Source: Trichoplax adhaerens (taxonomy: Eukaryota; Animalia; Placozoa). From it: 6,940 nucleotides of DNA. The notes beneath the pieces are model-generated. The model saw nothing but the letters and a program-made list of their open reading frames with translations. It searched no databases and was not told where the DNA came from. The position numbers and the translations under genes were made by a program. The stretch lies in NCBI RefSeq assembly GCF_000150275.1, contig NW_002061264.1:1-6940 (forward strand). The letters run 5' to 3'. Below are positions 5,664-6,940 of the stretch, one piece after another (the first letter of the stretch is position 1; each line of letters starts with the position of its first letter).

Positions 5664-6940
5664 AATGCTTTCTGCAAAGCTAGTGCACTGCGTTGTAACA
5701 CTATTACACGAGAGGGAGAAAAAACACTGACGTAAACGAGCATATACTATCCTGTAGGATACGATGAGAGCATAATGAATACTATTACAAGGTCCTGCTA
5801 GGCACTTTCATGACTATCCTATTTAATACTTGTCATTTAATTAAGGCAATTCTGAAATATTTCCCTTCTTCAATTCCTTAGCACCGAGGTTGGCATGGCA
5901 CTTGGAAACAGTCAGTAACTGCTGGCGTAGTTGCCACACCTAGCAGCATGAAAACAGTGGAAAATAGCCTGTCATGCCTAGCATAGGTGATGGCAGTATA
6001 CTTTTATCTGATAGAGCGATGAGAGAGTTAAAGGGGCGACAACTTATTTTGCACAATATGCAGATTGTACTGCTAGTACGCAGACGTCAACATCAAGATA
6101 AATTTGGTGGACTGTTGCTATGATACCAATCAACGAAGTTGTAGTATTCTCATCTGCAAAAGCTTGCAATGCGCTTTCAAGAATCCTATTCTACTTTATA
6201 GGTCTTAATTAATCCAGTATTGTTGTCATCAAATTTGACTTGGCGTTATAAATAAAATCATTTTGATATCTTGTTGCTAAACAAGACGATAGCCATTGAA
6301 TTATCATTTTCAGTCGTCGATCCTAACAATAGTTGATCAATCGATCGCAAGTTATCGACATCGGTCATTGCTACCTGTCTAAGCATAGGAAAACCAAAGT
6401 TTTTACTCTTCAACAAACATGCTAACCAACACTGGACGATTTAACGATCGATCACCGGGAATTAGACCGGTAAGTTAACATCTATTTCTTAAGCTGCAAT
6501 CAAGTTTTCATGCTCCATTTTTGCATATCGCTAAGTCGATGAAGCTGGATGACCATGCTCATTTAGACTATCTTTTACACACCATTTTAAGTCAATGAAA
6601 AAAAAATGCAGCCCCTTTTAAAATAGTATTATAAGAAATGACCTATATCCGAGAAGACTAAATTGGTAATCTTCCACTGATATCATCCATTCAAATTATT
6701 AATTTATAGGCTGGAATACTGGTAGCAGCTGGTGATACTATCCAAGATTGTATACCAAAGGATAATCGAGTGAGTTATCGCCATACTTTATACACCGTAT
6801 ACAAGTAGATGATTGATCGAAAAATGAATCAATTTACCAAAATTAAACAAAAATAAAATTTAGTACCTTCTCAACAAGTGCCATACAGTACTTGAACTCA
6901 CTTCCATAATATTGCTATTTTAATCTGATAATGATACGCA

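Noticed and set aside
5830-6940. Gene, tRNA or terminator in the last 1.1 kb
   Set aside because: There is no ORF in the track, no cloverleaf and no strong GC hairpin with a U-tract. It looks like ordinary AT-rich unique sequence.

Overview
This is an AT-rich window (roughly 35-40% GC by eye) with no convincing protein-coding gene, tRNA, rRNA or CRISPR array. About half of it is made of four apparently separate local tandem-repeat families. Family A has two ~200-230 bp copies (53-482). Family B has six 166-192 bp units plus decayed edge units (~753-2230). Family C has two 137 bp copies (2894-3167). Family D has about seven units with a ~240 bp full-length monomer (~4123-5663) and is interrupted by a (TA)-rich microsatellite. 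The (CT)n and (TA)n tracts, the lack of long ORFs and the frequent CpGs suggest non-coding DNA from a eukaryote without strong CpG depletion, or from a large eukaryotic virus; this is inference and I cannot name the organism. The most notable signal is that the B and D monomers are strings of inverted repeats. B carries a 21-bp stem with a 7-nt loop once per unit, and its non-Watson-Crick pairs in the best copies are all G-U on the + strand. This could be an array of structured RNA or ssDNA modules, or simply dyad-rich satellite or transposon-derived repeats. No associated enzyme gene lies in the window, so I do not claim a new system.
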